NCBI GenBank assembly: GCA_964610875.1
Contig: CAZSWP010000045.1
Span: 1-28,044, forward strand
From: an uncultured archaeon
Lineage (GTDB): Archaea > Asgardarchaeota > Thorarchaeia > Thorarchaeales > Thorarchaeaceae
Direction of reading: 5' to 3'
DNA: 28,044 bases
Numbering within the stretch: position 1 is the stretch's first letter; each line of letters starts with the position of its first letter. The notes beneath the pieces are model-generated. The model saw nothing but the letters and a program-made list of their open reading frames with translations, searched no databases and was not told the DNA's origin. The translations under genes and the position numbers were made by a program. Of the stretch, positions 1 to 8,826 are shown one piece after another.

Positions 1-333
1 ATGCAAACTGATAATGCAGCTATTGTCATGACTGGTATGTTATTCGTTGGAATAACAATGCTTGCTAGTTCATCTAAGAAACAAGAGACATCTACATCAA
101 GGTCACTAGCTTCTGAACCAAACACTTATTGTTCGACTACTTCCAGTTCGATATCAGTACATGGCTCGTTTTCAGCACCCTCAATGGCATAACGATTTCC
201 CTTAACGTTCCTTTTGTAGAATGGTGGAAAAGTTGCAACAAGGAACTGAATAAGTGATAAAGAGTCTTGTCATTAGTTTATCCATCGATTTGACTGACAG
301 TCTCCTTTGTCTGTCAAACCCAACTATTAATAT

Positions 334-681
334 GTGCATAATCCAATAATTAATTGTAGCTTGAAGGTGATAATAACGGAGTATCCCACGCATAGAGATT
401 GTGTATACTACGAAGATGGGATCTGCACACTTAGAAATGGTCCCGTTGATCCCTCTGGGTCTGTCTGCAGACAGTTTGTCCCAAAGATGCACACAGATAC
501 TGAACGATCTTTAGAATCAGTAGATTCATCAATAATCAGCTCCATATCACAGAGGATTACAGAGTGGTCCAATACAAATTTGGGCGCGAGTTATCTTCTT
601 CCTAACACGGGTCGTCAATACAGACACCGATGCGGTCAGGCTAGAGGTCGCAGAGGAGGAAGATGGAAACGATATCACTAA
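334..681 (+). CDS. Small hypothetical protein with Cys motif and Arg/Gly-rich C-terminus (DUF5320-like tail); true start may be downstream
   Basis: HRDCVYYEDGIC...VCRQF Cys pattern; C-terminal GRQYRHRCGQARGRRGGRWKRYH; co-oriented 48 bp upstream of the radical SAM gene. Confidence 0.5.
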   Translation: MHNPIINCSLKVIITEYPTHRDCVYYEDGICTLRNGPVDPSGSVCRQFVPKMHTDTERSLESVDSSIISSISQRITEWSNTNLGASYLLPNTGRQYRHRCGQARGRRGGRWKRYH

Positions 682-729
682 AAGGAAATTCTGGAATAGT
701 ATTGTTTTAGTTCTGGAGATGGGAGATGC

Positions 730-1677
730 TTGATTGCTTATGGACCAGTACCATCAAGACGTTTAGGGAGAAGTATAGGAATTAACCATATTTCTGCAAA
801 AACATGTACATATTCTTGTGTCTACTGCCAACTTGGTAGAACAACAGAATTCAGATTGAATAGGACCAAGTTCTATGATCCAAATCTGATTTTTGAGAGA
901 GTGGTAGAAAAGGTTTCACAAGCTAAGTCAAACAATGAGAAAATAGATTATCTCACATTTGTACCTGATGGAGAACCCACCTTGGATGTCTGTCTAGCTG
1001 AGGATATTGCTCTCTTGAAGGATATTGATTTACCAATTGCAGTATTAACTAACGCATCATTGCTCTGGAAACCTGATGTTCGTGAAGCTCTACTCAATGC
1101 TGATCTAGTTTCATTAAAGATAGATGCAGTGAGTGAGAGGACTTGGCATCGAATTGATAGACCACACAAATCGTTAGATATGAATGATGTTCTAAAAGGT
1201 GTTTCACAATTCTGTACCGAGTTTACAGGTTCAATTATTACAGAAACAATGTTAGTTGATGGGATTCATGACTTAAAAGAAATAAACGAAATTGCCACTT
1301 TCATATCTGAACAGCCAATCAACAAAGCTTACATTGCAATTCCAACAAGACCGCCTGCAGAAGATTGGGTAAAACCTCCCAAAGAGGATATTCTAAACAG
1401 TGCATTTCTCTTATATTCCGAAATACTTGGGTCCGCAAAGGTTGAATTTCTCATTGGTTATGAAGGAAACGAATTCTCTTCTACTGGAGATTTTGAGAAG
1501 GATTTTTTGAGTATCACAGCTGTACATCCTCTGCGAGAAGATGCTGTGCGTGAACTCGTCGCAAGAAACAACACAACGTGGCAAGAAGTCGCTGATTTGA
1601 TTGAAAGAAAAGAGATAATCGAATTGGTCTATAATGAGAAAAGTTACTTCATGCGACGGATACTTAGTCGATACTAA
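730..1677 (+). CDS. Radical SAM protein (COG0731-type Fe-S oxidoreductase)
   Basis: N-terminal YGPVPSRRLGRSIGIN, CxxxCxxC (CTYSCVYC), GEPTL and LTNASL motifs; TTG start. Confidence 0.88.
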   Translation: MIAYGPVPSRRLGRSIGINHISAKTCTYSCVYCQLGRTTEFRLNRTKFYDPNLIFERVVEKVSQAKSNNEKIDYLTFVPDGEPTLDVCLAEDIALLKDIDLPIAVLTNASLLWKPDVREALLNADLVSLKIDAVSERTWHRIDRPHKSLDMNDVLKGVSQFCTEFTGSIITETMLVDGIHDLKEINEIATFISEQPINKAYIAIPTRPPAEDWVKPPKEDILNSAFLLYSEILGSAKVEFLIGYEGNEFSSTGDFEKDFLSITAVHPLREDAVRELVARNNTTWQEVADLIERKEIIELVYNEKSYFMRRILSRY

Positions 1678-1684
1678 ATCCAAT

Positions 1685-1717
1685 GAGGTGTCGCAGAATC
1701 TACTACTGCGACATCTC
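1685..1717. terminator. Stem-loop between convergent genes
   Basis: GAGGTGTCGCAG-9 nt-CTGCGACATCTC, a 12-bp stem with one G-U pair, between stops at 1677 (+) and 1728 (-). Confidence 0.5.
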
Positions 1718-1727
1718 TTGAATGAAA

Positions 1728-2204
1728 TTATTGGTCAGAGCCATATAGCTCGTCAAATCTGACTCTTGTCTTAACAGGTTCCTTCCATTTTACAATTCTG
1801 TAAGAAAGCAAGCCTGCAATGAATGAGAGTACACCATTGATAGTCCACATAATATTCAAAGGATTAATCGGAGTAAGATTCAGGTATGCCCAATCTGTCA
1901 CAGGTATGCTGACAGCAATAGCGATGAACATGATGATTCCCGCCACAACACCGTTGGATGCTGGATTCTCAGTACCTCTATATTCGTACATTGTAAGTAC
2001 TTCTCCCGATTCCTCATAGTGATGTAGCACACTTTTTGTAAGCATCAACATTAGCCCTCTTGCTTGAAAGGATCCAAAAAACACAGTAACTAAAATTGCT
2101 GCAACTCCAATGATCTCATGTGCTGTAAAAGCATATGCTATTCCTGCAAATAAAAGCAAAATGCATATTGCATAGAGCAGTAACACAGTTTTGCGAATAT
2201 CCAT
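1728..2204 (-). CDS. Hypothetical membrane protein (about 4 TM helices)
   Basis: 158-aa ORF with four hydrophobic segments; AGGAG immediately before ATG. Confidence 0.7.
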   Translation of the reverse strand: MDIRKTVLLLYAICILLLFAGIAYAFTAHEIIGVAAILVTVFFGSFQARGLMLMLTKSVLHHYEESGEVLTMYEYRGTENPASNGVVAGIIMFIAIAVSIPVTDWAYLNLTPINPLNIMWTINGVLSFIAGLLSYRIVKWKEPVKTRVRFDELYGSDQ

Positions 2205-2298
2205 CTCCTTAACCTCAGTTAATTAATCTAAGGAGAACTATTTGCCATCATATAAGCGTTTTAGTCTTCTAATTCTGTCATTTTCATCCTCTATCTTT

Positions 2299-2451
2299 CT
2301 AAGGCAGTAACCACGAAATAATCCCGAACCCAAAGATAATGATTAGGATGAATAAGATAATTATGCATGTGCAGCACGAACCGCAACAACAGGGTCGTCT
2401 ACGAATTGCTCCTCTTCTTCTTGGTCTAAGGAAAGGTCCTCTTCTCCTCAT
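2299..2451 (-). CDS. 50-aa Arg-rich/Cys-rich single-pass membrane peptide
   Basis: MRRRGPFLRPRRRGAIRRRPCCCGSCCTC followed by about 20 hydrophobic residues; GGTGGT before ATG at 2451 (the ORF track starts at 2496). Confidence 0.55.
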   Translation of the reverse strand: MRRRGPFLRPRRRGAIRRRPCCCGSCCTCIIILFILIIIFGFGIISWLLP

Positions 2452-2542
2452 GATACCACCAAACACATGCATATCAGAAACTGATTTCAGATTCATTTTT
2501 TAGTATTCTGATATCTATACAATTCTGGAAAAAATAGAGGAG

Positions 2543-2764
2543 ATGAGGATGGATGACCGTGAGATGATGCGGAAAAGAATTCTTGGTGACATAAGAGGTA
2601 GTTTGGAACCAGAACGTGATTACGAAGTTAGATATGCTCGGAATGATGGAGCAATGATTTGGGCACATGCAAGCCTCAGTCGAATTGAATATGAAGGAAA
2701 ACCAGCATATCAGGTACTTCTTGTGGATATTACTAAATGGAAAGAAACTGAAAGTGAAGAATAG
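2543..2764 (+). pseudogene. Isolated PAS/PAC-domain fragment
   Basis: YEVRYARNDGAMIWAHASLSRIEYEGKPAYQVLLVDITKWKE is a typical PAC motif; upstream frame closed by TAG at 2501; no output domain. Confidence 0.55.
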
Positions 2765-2781
2765 AATGTTAACTGTTGGTG

Positions 2782-3411
2782 TTAGTTGCTTCGCTCAGAA
2801 ACTATTCTCTCAAGTACTCGTATAGCTTCTTCATAATGCCTTTCAAAATCTGTACTAGAACAATTGTCATCCAATCCAGGACTTTTACTCAAGAGTGAAA
2901 ATAATTCATCATGAGAGGTCAATTCAGTATCAATTCCATGAATTATTAATATTGATTCAGCAGCAGCATATCGTACCAAGTATTCAGGATCACTCATGGC
3001 TTTATAGAGAGCTTCTATGGTGGATTTGTCCTCATAGATTGCCAATCTTTCAGCAGCTGTTCTTCTCGCTGTCCAGTGATAGTTTCCTAACAGGATTGAG
3101 ATAATATATTGAGTATATTCGTTTGACTTTTCCAGTCCATTCAATGCAACTGCCAGTTGGATTTGTCGTAGTGGGTCGATATCTTTAATCATAGCCTTCA
3201 TAACAGGAATTGCTTTTTGAGACTGCATTTCGTGTAGTCCTATTATAGCATAGTAGCTCCCGTCTTGGAGTGATTCTATTAACATATCTTCACCCTTTTC
3301 ACGCTCCTCCCCTTTTAGCACAACCGCTGCTGAAACATCTATCCCTCCGTCATACTCTTTTCCTTTTCTACCAAAGTAATTCTCAATGAAATTTTCCCAT
3401 TCTTCAGACAT
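2782..3411 (-). CDS. HEAT-repeat (PBS-lyase-like) protein
   Basis: Repeats such as WTARRTAAERLA and ALYKAMSDPEYLVRYAAAESI; ATG at 3411 (alternative TTG at 3420). Confidence 0.75.
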   Translation of the reverse strand: MSEEWENFIENYFGRKGKEYDGGIDVSAAVVLKGEEREKGEDMLIESLQDGSYYAIIGLHEMQSQKAIPVMKAMIKDIDPLRQIQLAVALNGLEKSNEYTQYIISILLGNYHWTARRTAAERLAIYEDKSTIEALYKAMSDPEYLVRYAAAESILIIHGIDTELTSHDELFSLLSKSPGLDDNCSSTDFERHYEEAIRVLERIVSERSN

Positions 3412-3576
3412 TGCAACCAACCGATGCTTGAAAATATGACCTCTTTCGATGATAAATAATTTTGATTTACTAAAAAAAAGAGAAAGCTAACAATGCATTC
3501 AACCTTTTTCCTGTTTTTTTAAAAAAGCAATTTGACTACAATGAATTCTTAAGTTCATCAAAGTAGATTATAACAT

Positions 3577-3768
3577 ATGACGGAGGAGGAAGATGAAAAA
3601 TCTCTCAAATGTAGTTCAGCTTTTTGTTGTATTTCATTAATTCTTCTATTTATTTTCCTTCTTGACGTGTTTGATAATTTTCTGGTTAATTTGCTTCTTC
3701 TATTTGGTGCATTAACATCATTCATTCTTGTTTTCATAATGTTGTATCTGCTTACAAGAGATCGATAA
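3577..3768 (+). CDS. Small 2-TM protein; probably the N-terminal part of a frameshifted gene continuing into 3837..4397
   Basis: Acidic N-terminus, FCC motif, two hydrophobic helices; the -1 frame is open from 3690 through 4397. Confidence 0.5.
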   Translation: MTEEEDEKSLKCSSAFCCISLILLFIFLLDVFDNFLVNLLLLFGALTSFILVFIMLYLLTRDR

Positions 3769-3836
3769 AACTTGATGAGTACAAACATGCTGCTCCTTTT
3801 CTTAATGGAGATATTCATTGGGAGAGCAAACGTATA

Positions 3837-4397
3837 ATGCAAAGTCTACCTGATAATGAGAGATATATTTTGAAATCTATCAAAGTTGAGGGAAATATAA
3901 AATATGCATTGATTGATAGAAGTGATGGTTTCAAAGTAGTTGCTGAACCTTCCCCATTTGAGATTGAAAGTCTCGACAATGAGATGGAATTGGACGCTTT
4001 CATCTTTTATTTGATTAAACAAAGCTATTTGACAGAATCTTTGACAACATTTTGGGCTACTGGATGTTGTATTTGGATGATATTCAATTTTCTCGTCTTA
4101 GATCAATTACTGCAAATGCTTTTTTCTTTTCTTCATCCATTCTCACTTGACATAATCGTTTTCATAATATTCATCGCTCCTATTCCATTCATTTTTCCTA
4201 AATTCAAGTATGATATGGCTAATGTTGACTTGGAGGTTTATAATGAATTTCCGGTTTTTCTAGAGGTTTTAGAAACACTTGTTGATAATGCAGAAAATGA
4301 TCACAGGAAGGGCGAAATTCAGTATAGAATAGATATTCTAAAGGAAATTGTTAGCTTCGAAATTGAGGAGATGAAGAAGTGGCAGAAGGAGGAGTGA
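3837..4397 (+). CDS. Hypothetical membrane protein; probable C-terminal part of a frameshifted gene
   Basis: 186-aa ORF with two TM segments; frame open about 49 codons upstream of the ATG (…RSIKLDEYKHAAPFLNGDIHWESKRI-MQS). Confidence 0.6.
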   Translation: MQSLPDNERYILKSIKVEGNIKYALIDRSDGFKVVAEPSPFEIESLDNEMELDAFIFYLIKQSYLTESLTTFWATGCCIWMIFNFLVLDQLLQMLFSFLHPFSLDIIVFIIFIAPIPFIFPKFKYDMANVDLEVYNEFPVFLEVLETLVDNAENDHRKGEIQYRIDILKEIVSFEIEEMKKWQKEE

Positions 4398-4416
4398 TAA
4401 TACTTATTCTATATTT

Positions 4417-5094
4417 CTATTCTTCTTCATATGGTTGCTGATCGAGGTCTGAAACACCATATGTCTTAGCAGCCCTTTTCCATCTCATATGAGAAGCTGA
4501 AGTATAGAGGTGTTTGGGTATTACTCCCTTATTGATACGTTCAATGCAAGCTTCAGGTACTGGTTCTCCTCTCAAGATACTTTCTGCCAAAATCTCGATT
4601 GCCTGTCGTGCATGTCTGCCTCTAAATCCTGCTGATTCTAATGGTGTACCATCAATTATTGCTCCTCCTCCATATGGAAGACCTCCTGTCCATTCAAAAT
4701 CTGCATCATCAGAGAATTTCTTACATATCTCAATAGCTAGAGTATTATGGTTTTTCTCTGGAAATCCGCTATTGATGATTGCAATAAACTTGGGTCGGCG
4801 TGAAGATGTAACTTTTTTGCGATAATCGACTATCTGTTGGAGAAACTTAATTGCGTGTGATGGCAAAGAATCCACATACAATGGTGCTGCAAGAATCACA
4901 TAATCTGTTGAATCCAAATTTACCAACAACTTATCTATTTCTGATTCCTTTCTCAATATCTTATGCAACATAAGAATCTCGTACTCAGTATGTTTTACTT
5001 TAAGCTGGGATTTCAGATAATGAAGAATCGAATATGATGTACTTTGTTTTCCACGAGGACTGCCTGATAAGAGTATGAATTTCTGAGATTTCAT
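4417..5094 (-). CDS. NAD(P)H-dependent flavodoxin-fold oxidoreductase (FMN_red family)
   Basis: SGSPRG…S FMN phosphate loop, PLYVDSLP and NSGFPE motifs; ATGA overlap with the upstream gene. Confidence 0.8.
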   Translation of the reverse strand: MKSQKFILLSGSPRGKQSTSYSILHYLKSQLKVKHTEYEILMLHKILRKESEIDKLLVNLDSTDYVILAAPLYVDSLPSHAIKFLQQIVDYRKKVTSSRRPKFIAIINSGFPEKNHNTLAIEICKKFSDDADFEWTGGLPYGGGAIIDGTPLESAGFRGRHARQAIEILAESILRGEPVPEACIERINKGVIPKHLYTSASHMRWKRAAKTYGVSDLDQQPYEEE

Positions 5095-5666
5095 ATTCCT
5101 CCCTCCAGTCTTGAGAGACCCCGTGCTAATGCTTTTCGTACTTCATGTTCGTTTTGTGATAATGATAGGACTTCAGAGCTAGATTTGGGTGAATGGAAGT
5201 TTATTGAATTTCGATGGATATGTTTCTTGAATAAATCGGAAACTACCTCGTCGTTATGCTCATTAATTCCAATTCCAAATATTGAAGGATATTTGTCGTA
5301 TCTTGTTCTATGATGGGTTTCTCCATCTATCTTAGTGAAGAATGGATGTACGAGCCCAATTGATCTGTCTACTTGGGCTTTTAAGAGATTAGAGTAGCCA
5401 CCGAAAACTATTGGAGTTAGATATACTACAACGTCGGAATTAATCATCTTCCTTGTTATCCCTCTTGCATCATCATCAATTATGCAAATGCCAGGTGTTT
5501 GTAACCAACAACCAAAGCAACCTCTGCAAGCTGTTATTGACTTCTCTTCAAGCTTTACAGTTTCATAGGACCATGATTTTTCTCGTAAGACTTCTTCTAA
5601 TATGGTTGTAATTCTATTTATCTTGGTAGTGCCCTCTGTGTTTCCATCAAGTATCAAGACACACAT
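5091..5666 (-). CDS. Iron-sulfur flavoprotein / multimeric flavodoxin family
   Basis: CRGCFGCWLQTPGIC (Cx2Cx2Cx7C), TPIVFGGYS…K…DR; ATG at 5666 (the ORF track starts at 5681). Confidence 0.8.
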   Translation of the reverse strand: MCVLILDGNTEGTTKINRITTILEEVLREKSWSYETVKLEEKSITACRGCFGCWLQTPGICIIDDDARGITRKMINSDVVVYLTPIVFGGYSNLLKAQVDRSIGLVHPFFTKIDGETHHRTRYDKYPSIFGIGINEHNDEVVSDLFKKHIHRNSINFHSPKSSSEVLSLSQNEHEVRKALARGLSRLEGGI

Positions 5667-5782
5667 TATCCAAACATCCAACTACTCCTTCATTAAAGTG
5701 AATAAAAACATCCTCATACACAATAAGAATAACAAAATGCCATATGAGTAAGTCTATATTTTACTATAGTTAATGATATCAT

Positions 5783-7420
5783 ATGCCCGGTACGAAATTT
5801 CTTATCAAAAGGCCCACAAATGAAGAAACGCTATCCTATCTTCCAGGAAGTCCAGAACGATTTGAACTCAAAGAAAAACTGAAAGAATTACAAGCGAGAA
5901 AATTGGATATTCCCTTAATTATCGGGGGATTGGAGATTAGAACAGGAGTCACAGCAGAATCTATTATTCCTCATAAGCATGAACATGTGCTTGCAGAGTA
6001 TCATAAAGCGTCAGCTAAGGAGGTAGGTGATGCAATTGATGCGGCTCTTGAAGCAAGAAAGAAGTGGGCATCAACAGCTTGGTATGATAGAGCTTCAATA
6101 TTCCTGAAAGCAGCTGATCTTATTGCCGGACCATATAGGTCAACTCTGAATGCTGCTGCTATGCTAGACTTGAGCAAGAATGTATTTCAAGCTGAAATAG
6201 ACTCTGCAGATGAGCTGATTGATTTTCTTCGCTTTAACGCTTATTTCATGCAAGAGATTTACAAGGGACAAGTTTCATCAGGTCCTGGTGAATGGAATCG
6301 CATTGAATACCGTCCATTAGAGGGATTTGTATTTGCAGTCACTCCATTCAATTTTGTGAGTATTACGGGGAACCTTCCAACAGCTCCTGCGATGATGGGC
6401 AATGTTGTCGTTTGGAAACCCGCATCATCTGCAGTTTATTCTGCATATCATGTAATGAAATTGCTAGTGGAAGCAGGAATCCCTCCTGGTGTCATTAATT
6501 TCGTTCCTGGTTCTGGTGCAGAGGTCGGAGACCCCGTCATAAGACATCATGATCTCGCAGGTATCCACTTTACAGGAAGTACGGCTGTGTTCAGGTCTAT
6601 GTGGAAAATGGTTGGAGAGAATATAGATTCTTACAAAACATATCCTCGTCTGGTGGGAGAAACAGGTGGCAAGGATTTTGTATTCGCTCATAACTCAGCC
6701 AAGAATGATGAACTAGTAACCGCACTCATCCGAGGTGCGTTTGAATATCAAGGGCAGAAATGTTCCGCAGCATCAAGGGCATACATTCCTGAATCAAAGT
6801 GGCCTGAAGTGAGAGAGCGACTTCTTGAAGATCTTATTTCTGTTAAGATAGGCGATGTTGCAGACTTCACAAATCTGGTAAATGCTGTTATTGATAGAGC
6901 AGCTTACAATAAGATAGTCGAGTACATTGAATATGTGAGAGAGTCCAAGGATTCAGAGATCATTGCAGGTGGCAAGTATGATGATTCTGAAGGTTTCTTC
7001 ATCGAGCCCACAATTGTTGTAACTACAAATCCGAAGTCTAGGACTATGGTGGAGGAAATATTTGGTCCTGTATTGACATTGTATATTTATCCTGATGATG
7101 AATATGAAGAGACCCTACGTCTCTGTGATACTACTTCGCCCTATGGACTAACTGGGTCTGTGTTCGCTCAGGAACGGGATGCTATTGTTTTGGCATTAGA
7201 GATACTAGTCAATGCTGCAGGCAATTTCTACATCAATGACAAACCAACAGGTGCGATTGTTGGTCGTCAACCATTTGGTGGTGCTCGTGCTTCTGGAACG
7301 AATGACAAAGCGGGTAGTATGATCAATCTAATGCGATGGGTTTCTCCTCGCACAATCAAGGAGAATTTTGTACCTCCCAGACATTATGCTTATGATTATA
7401 TGAGCGAGTCACGACCATAA
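5783..7420 (+). CDS. pruA: L-glutamate gamma-semialdehyde (delta-1-pyrroline-5-carboxylate) dehydrogenase
   Basis: ALDH motifs TPFNF, FTGST, GETGGK, FEYQGQKCSA (catalytic Cys), EEIFGP; family signature NFYINDKPTGAIVGRQPFGGARASGTNDK. Confidence 0.93.
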   Translation: MPGTKFLIKRPTNEETLSYLPGSPERFELKEKLKELQARKLDIPLIIGGLEIRTGVTAESIIPHKHEHVLAEYHKASAKEVGDAIDAALEARKKWASTAWYDRASIFLKAADLIAGPYRSTLNAAAMLDLSKNVFQAEIDSADELIDFLRFNAYFMQEIYKGQVSSGPGEWNRIEYRPLEGFVFAVTPFNFVSITGNLPTAPAMMGNVVVWKPASSAVYSAYHVMKLLVEAGIPPGVINFVPGSGAEVGDPVIRHHDLAGIHFTGSTAVFRSMWKMVGENIDSYKTYPRLVGETGGKDFVFAHNSAKNDELVTALIRGAFEYQGQKCSAASRAYIPESKWPEVRERLLEDLISVKIGDVADFTNLVNAVIDRAAYNKIVEYIEYVRESKDSEIIAGGKYDDSEGFFIEPTIVVTTNPKSRTMVEEIFGPVLTLYIYPDDEYEETLRLCDTTSPYGLTGSVFAQERDAIVLALEILVNAAGNFYINDKPTGAIVGRQPFGGARASGTNDKAGSMINLMRWVSPRTIKENFVPPRHYAYDYMSESRP

Positions 7421-7422
7421 TT

Positions 7423-7460
7423 ATGTGTACATTATTGAGTATTCATAATAATGTATATAT
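7423..7460. promoter_or_regulatory. Inverted repeat upstream of the HTH gene (operator or terminator candidate)
   Basis: ATGTGTACATTATT-10 nt-AATAATGTATATAT, 12 of 14 arm positions complementary. Confidence 0.45.
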
Positions 7461-7484
7461 GGCACTTTGTTAGATATAACTACG

Positions 7485-7799
7485 ATGCCAATGTCAGCAC
7501 CAATACTCCCATCTAGGAATCGCACAGGAATTCCTGAAGTAATGGAAGATATCTTGAGTGAAGTTGCGAAAGGTGTACCCCTCTCCATTGCAGATCTAGC
7601 TAGAAAGATAAAAGCTGATAGGCGTACCGTTTCAAAGGCTCTTGATTTGATCTATCAAGTACAAGAGAGTCTCAAAGGCAAACATCTTGAACGGTTCAAG
7701 AGTGGAAACATATGGGTGATCAGACTAAGGGATGTTAAAGAAAGAGCTGGAAAAATGGTATCCCGCGCAAAAGAAAAGGTTAGGAAAGGGAACTCCTGA
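7485..7799 (+). CDS. Small winged-HTH DNA-binding protein
   Basis: PLSIADLARKIKADRRTVSKAL helix-turn-helix; basic C-terminus; ATG at 7485 (alternative TTG at 7467). Confidence 0.7.
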   Translation: MPMSAPILPSRNRTGIPEVMEDILSEVAKGVPLSIADLARKIKADRRTVSKALDLIYQVQESLKGKHLERFKSGNIWVIRLRDVKERAGKMVSRAKEKVRKGNS

Positions 7800-7802
7800 A
7801 CG

Positions 7803-8333
7803 ATGTCTCGCAAGCATGGAATACTACTATCAGGGACTTTCATAGCTCTCGGTTCTATGACCAGTCATCATCTATGGTTGCAGTTTGATTGGTATGTTTC
7901 CATTCAGATAATTCTGATTTTAATCGTTGCAACCTTTGGAGAGCACTATGTATCTGGGAAAGGTTACTATTACTACACAGATAGGAACGGGGTATTTATC
8001 GGACGAGTCGCATCGTGGATTCCATTCATGTGGGTATTCGCAATCCAATTATTTCTGATAGTTCCATTATTGTGCGGTTTTGGATTGATGGAGTCTCTAC
8101 TCATATCGGGGTCTCTTGGTTTATTCATAGACCTTGTATTTGTAGAACCCTATTTCAGTAAGAAAAAGAACTATTGGATTTGGAATTCTGTAAATGAAGG
8201 ATATTTCAGTTTCATTCCCTATCAATTCAATAGATTTACTGCGCCACCTGGTAACTACATAGTATGGTACGGATTCCCCATTATCATGAATCTACTACTA
8301 GGTTTTATGGGGAATTTACTGACCTTTGGGTAG
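7803..8333 (+). CDS. Membrane protein, CruF/carotenoid-biosynthesis (DUF422)-like
   Basis: Pattern E…G.YYY…G.V..WIP..W, D…EP…W.W and PPGNY..W resembles the CruF hydratase family. Confidence 0.55.
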   Translation: MSRKHGILLSGTFIALGSMTSHHLWLQFDWYVSIQIILILIVATFGEHYVSGKGYYYYTDRNGVFIGRVASWIPFMWVFAIQLFLIVPLLCGFGLMESLLISGSLGLFIDLVFVEPYFSKKKNYWIWNSVNEGYFSFIPYQFNRFTAPPGNYIVWYGFPIIMNLLLGFMGNLLTFG

Positions 8334-8357
8334 TAGAAATCATCGTCTTGGTGTTAT

Positions 8358-8747
8358 TTATTTCCCAAGTAGCTTACCTATCTCTTTGGCATATTTACGC
8401 ATCTGAGTTACTGCAAGACCCATCGATGTAAGATCCTTTGCAGATCCCATGATCAAAAATTCTCCTGCATGCGATAGTACAACAAAACCATCCTTTCCTC
8501 GAATAACAACCTCATAGAGATCACTGAGATATAATTTATCAGCAGCCATTTCGCCTTGCACAAGCAATGCAGCGCTCACAGCAGCCATCAAGTCAGGGTC
8601 TGCATCTGAGTCTTCAGTTGCAAAATACGCTAGTTTGACGCCTTGCTTACTCACTACAGCTATGGCATCAAGATCTGCATAATTAGTGAGACCCATAAGA
8701 AGCTCGACAAGTTCCTTTTCTTTCTGTGGATCGAGTGCGGACGACAT
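8358..8747 (-). CDS. Roadblock/LC7 (MglB-like) domain protein
   Basis: AIAVVSKQG, DPDLMAAVSAALL, VVIRGKDGFVVL and MGLAVTQMRKYAKEI match the Roadblock fold pattern; GAGGT RBS. Confidence 0.88.
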   Translation of the reverse strand: MSSALDPQKEKELVELLMGLTNYADLDAIAVVSKQGVKLAYFATEDSDADPDLMAAVSAALLVQGEMAADKLYLSDLYEVVIRGKDGFVVLSHAGEFLIMGSAKDLTSMGLAVTQMRKYAKEIGKLLGK

Positions 8748-8826
8748 TATTCCTACCTCTATTGTAACGCATTAAGGATGTTTTTGATTAAATACCTTTG
8801 TAGATGATATCCTATTTTCAAGACGG

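Noticed and set aside
1-260. + strand 63-aa ORF, and a - strand frame (…IELEVVEQ*VFGSEASDLDVDVSCFLDELASIVIPTNNIPV…) running off the window
   Set aside because: The + ORF has no recognisable features. The - frame may be a gene start or a decayed gene, but it is interrupted by TAA and truncated, so it cannot be supported.
3440-3576. Poly-A/poly-T tracts as a mobile-element end or repeat array
   Set aside because: No terminal inverted repeats with target duplication, transposase or regular spacers; consistent with an AT-rich divergent promoter.
7797-7805. TGA read-through (selenocysteine) fusing the HTH and CruF-like ORFs, which are in the same frame
   Set aside because: There is no redox-motif context and no SECIS-like element was seen; the downstream ORF has its own ATG.
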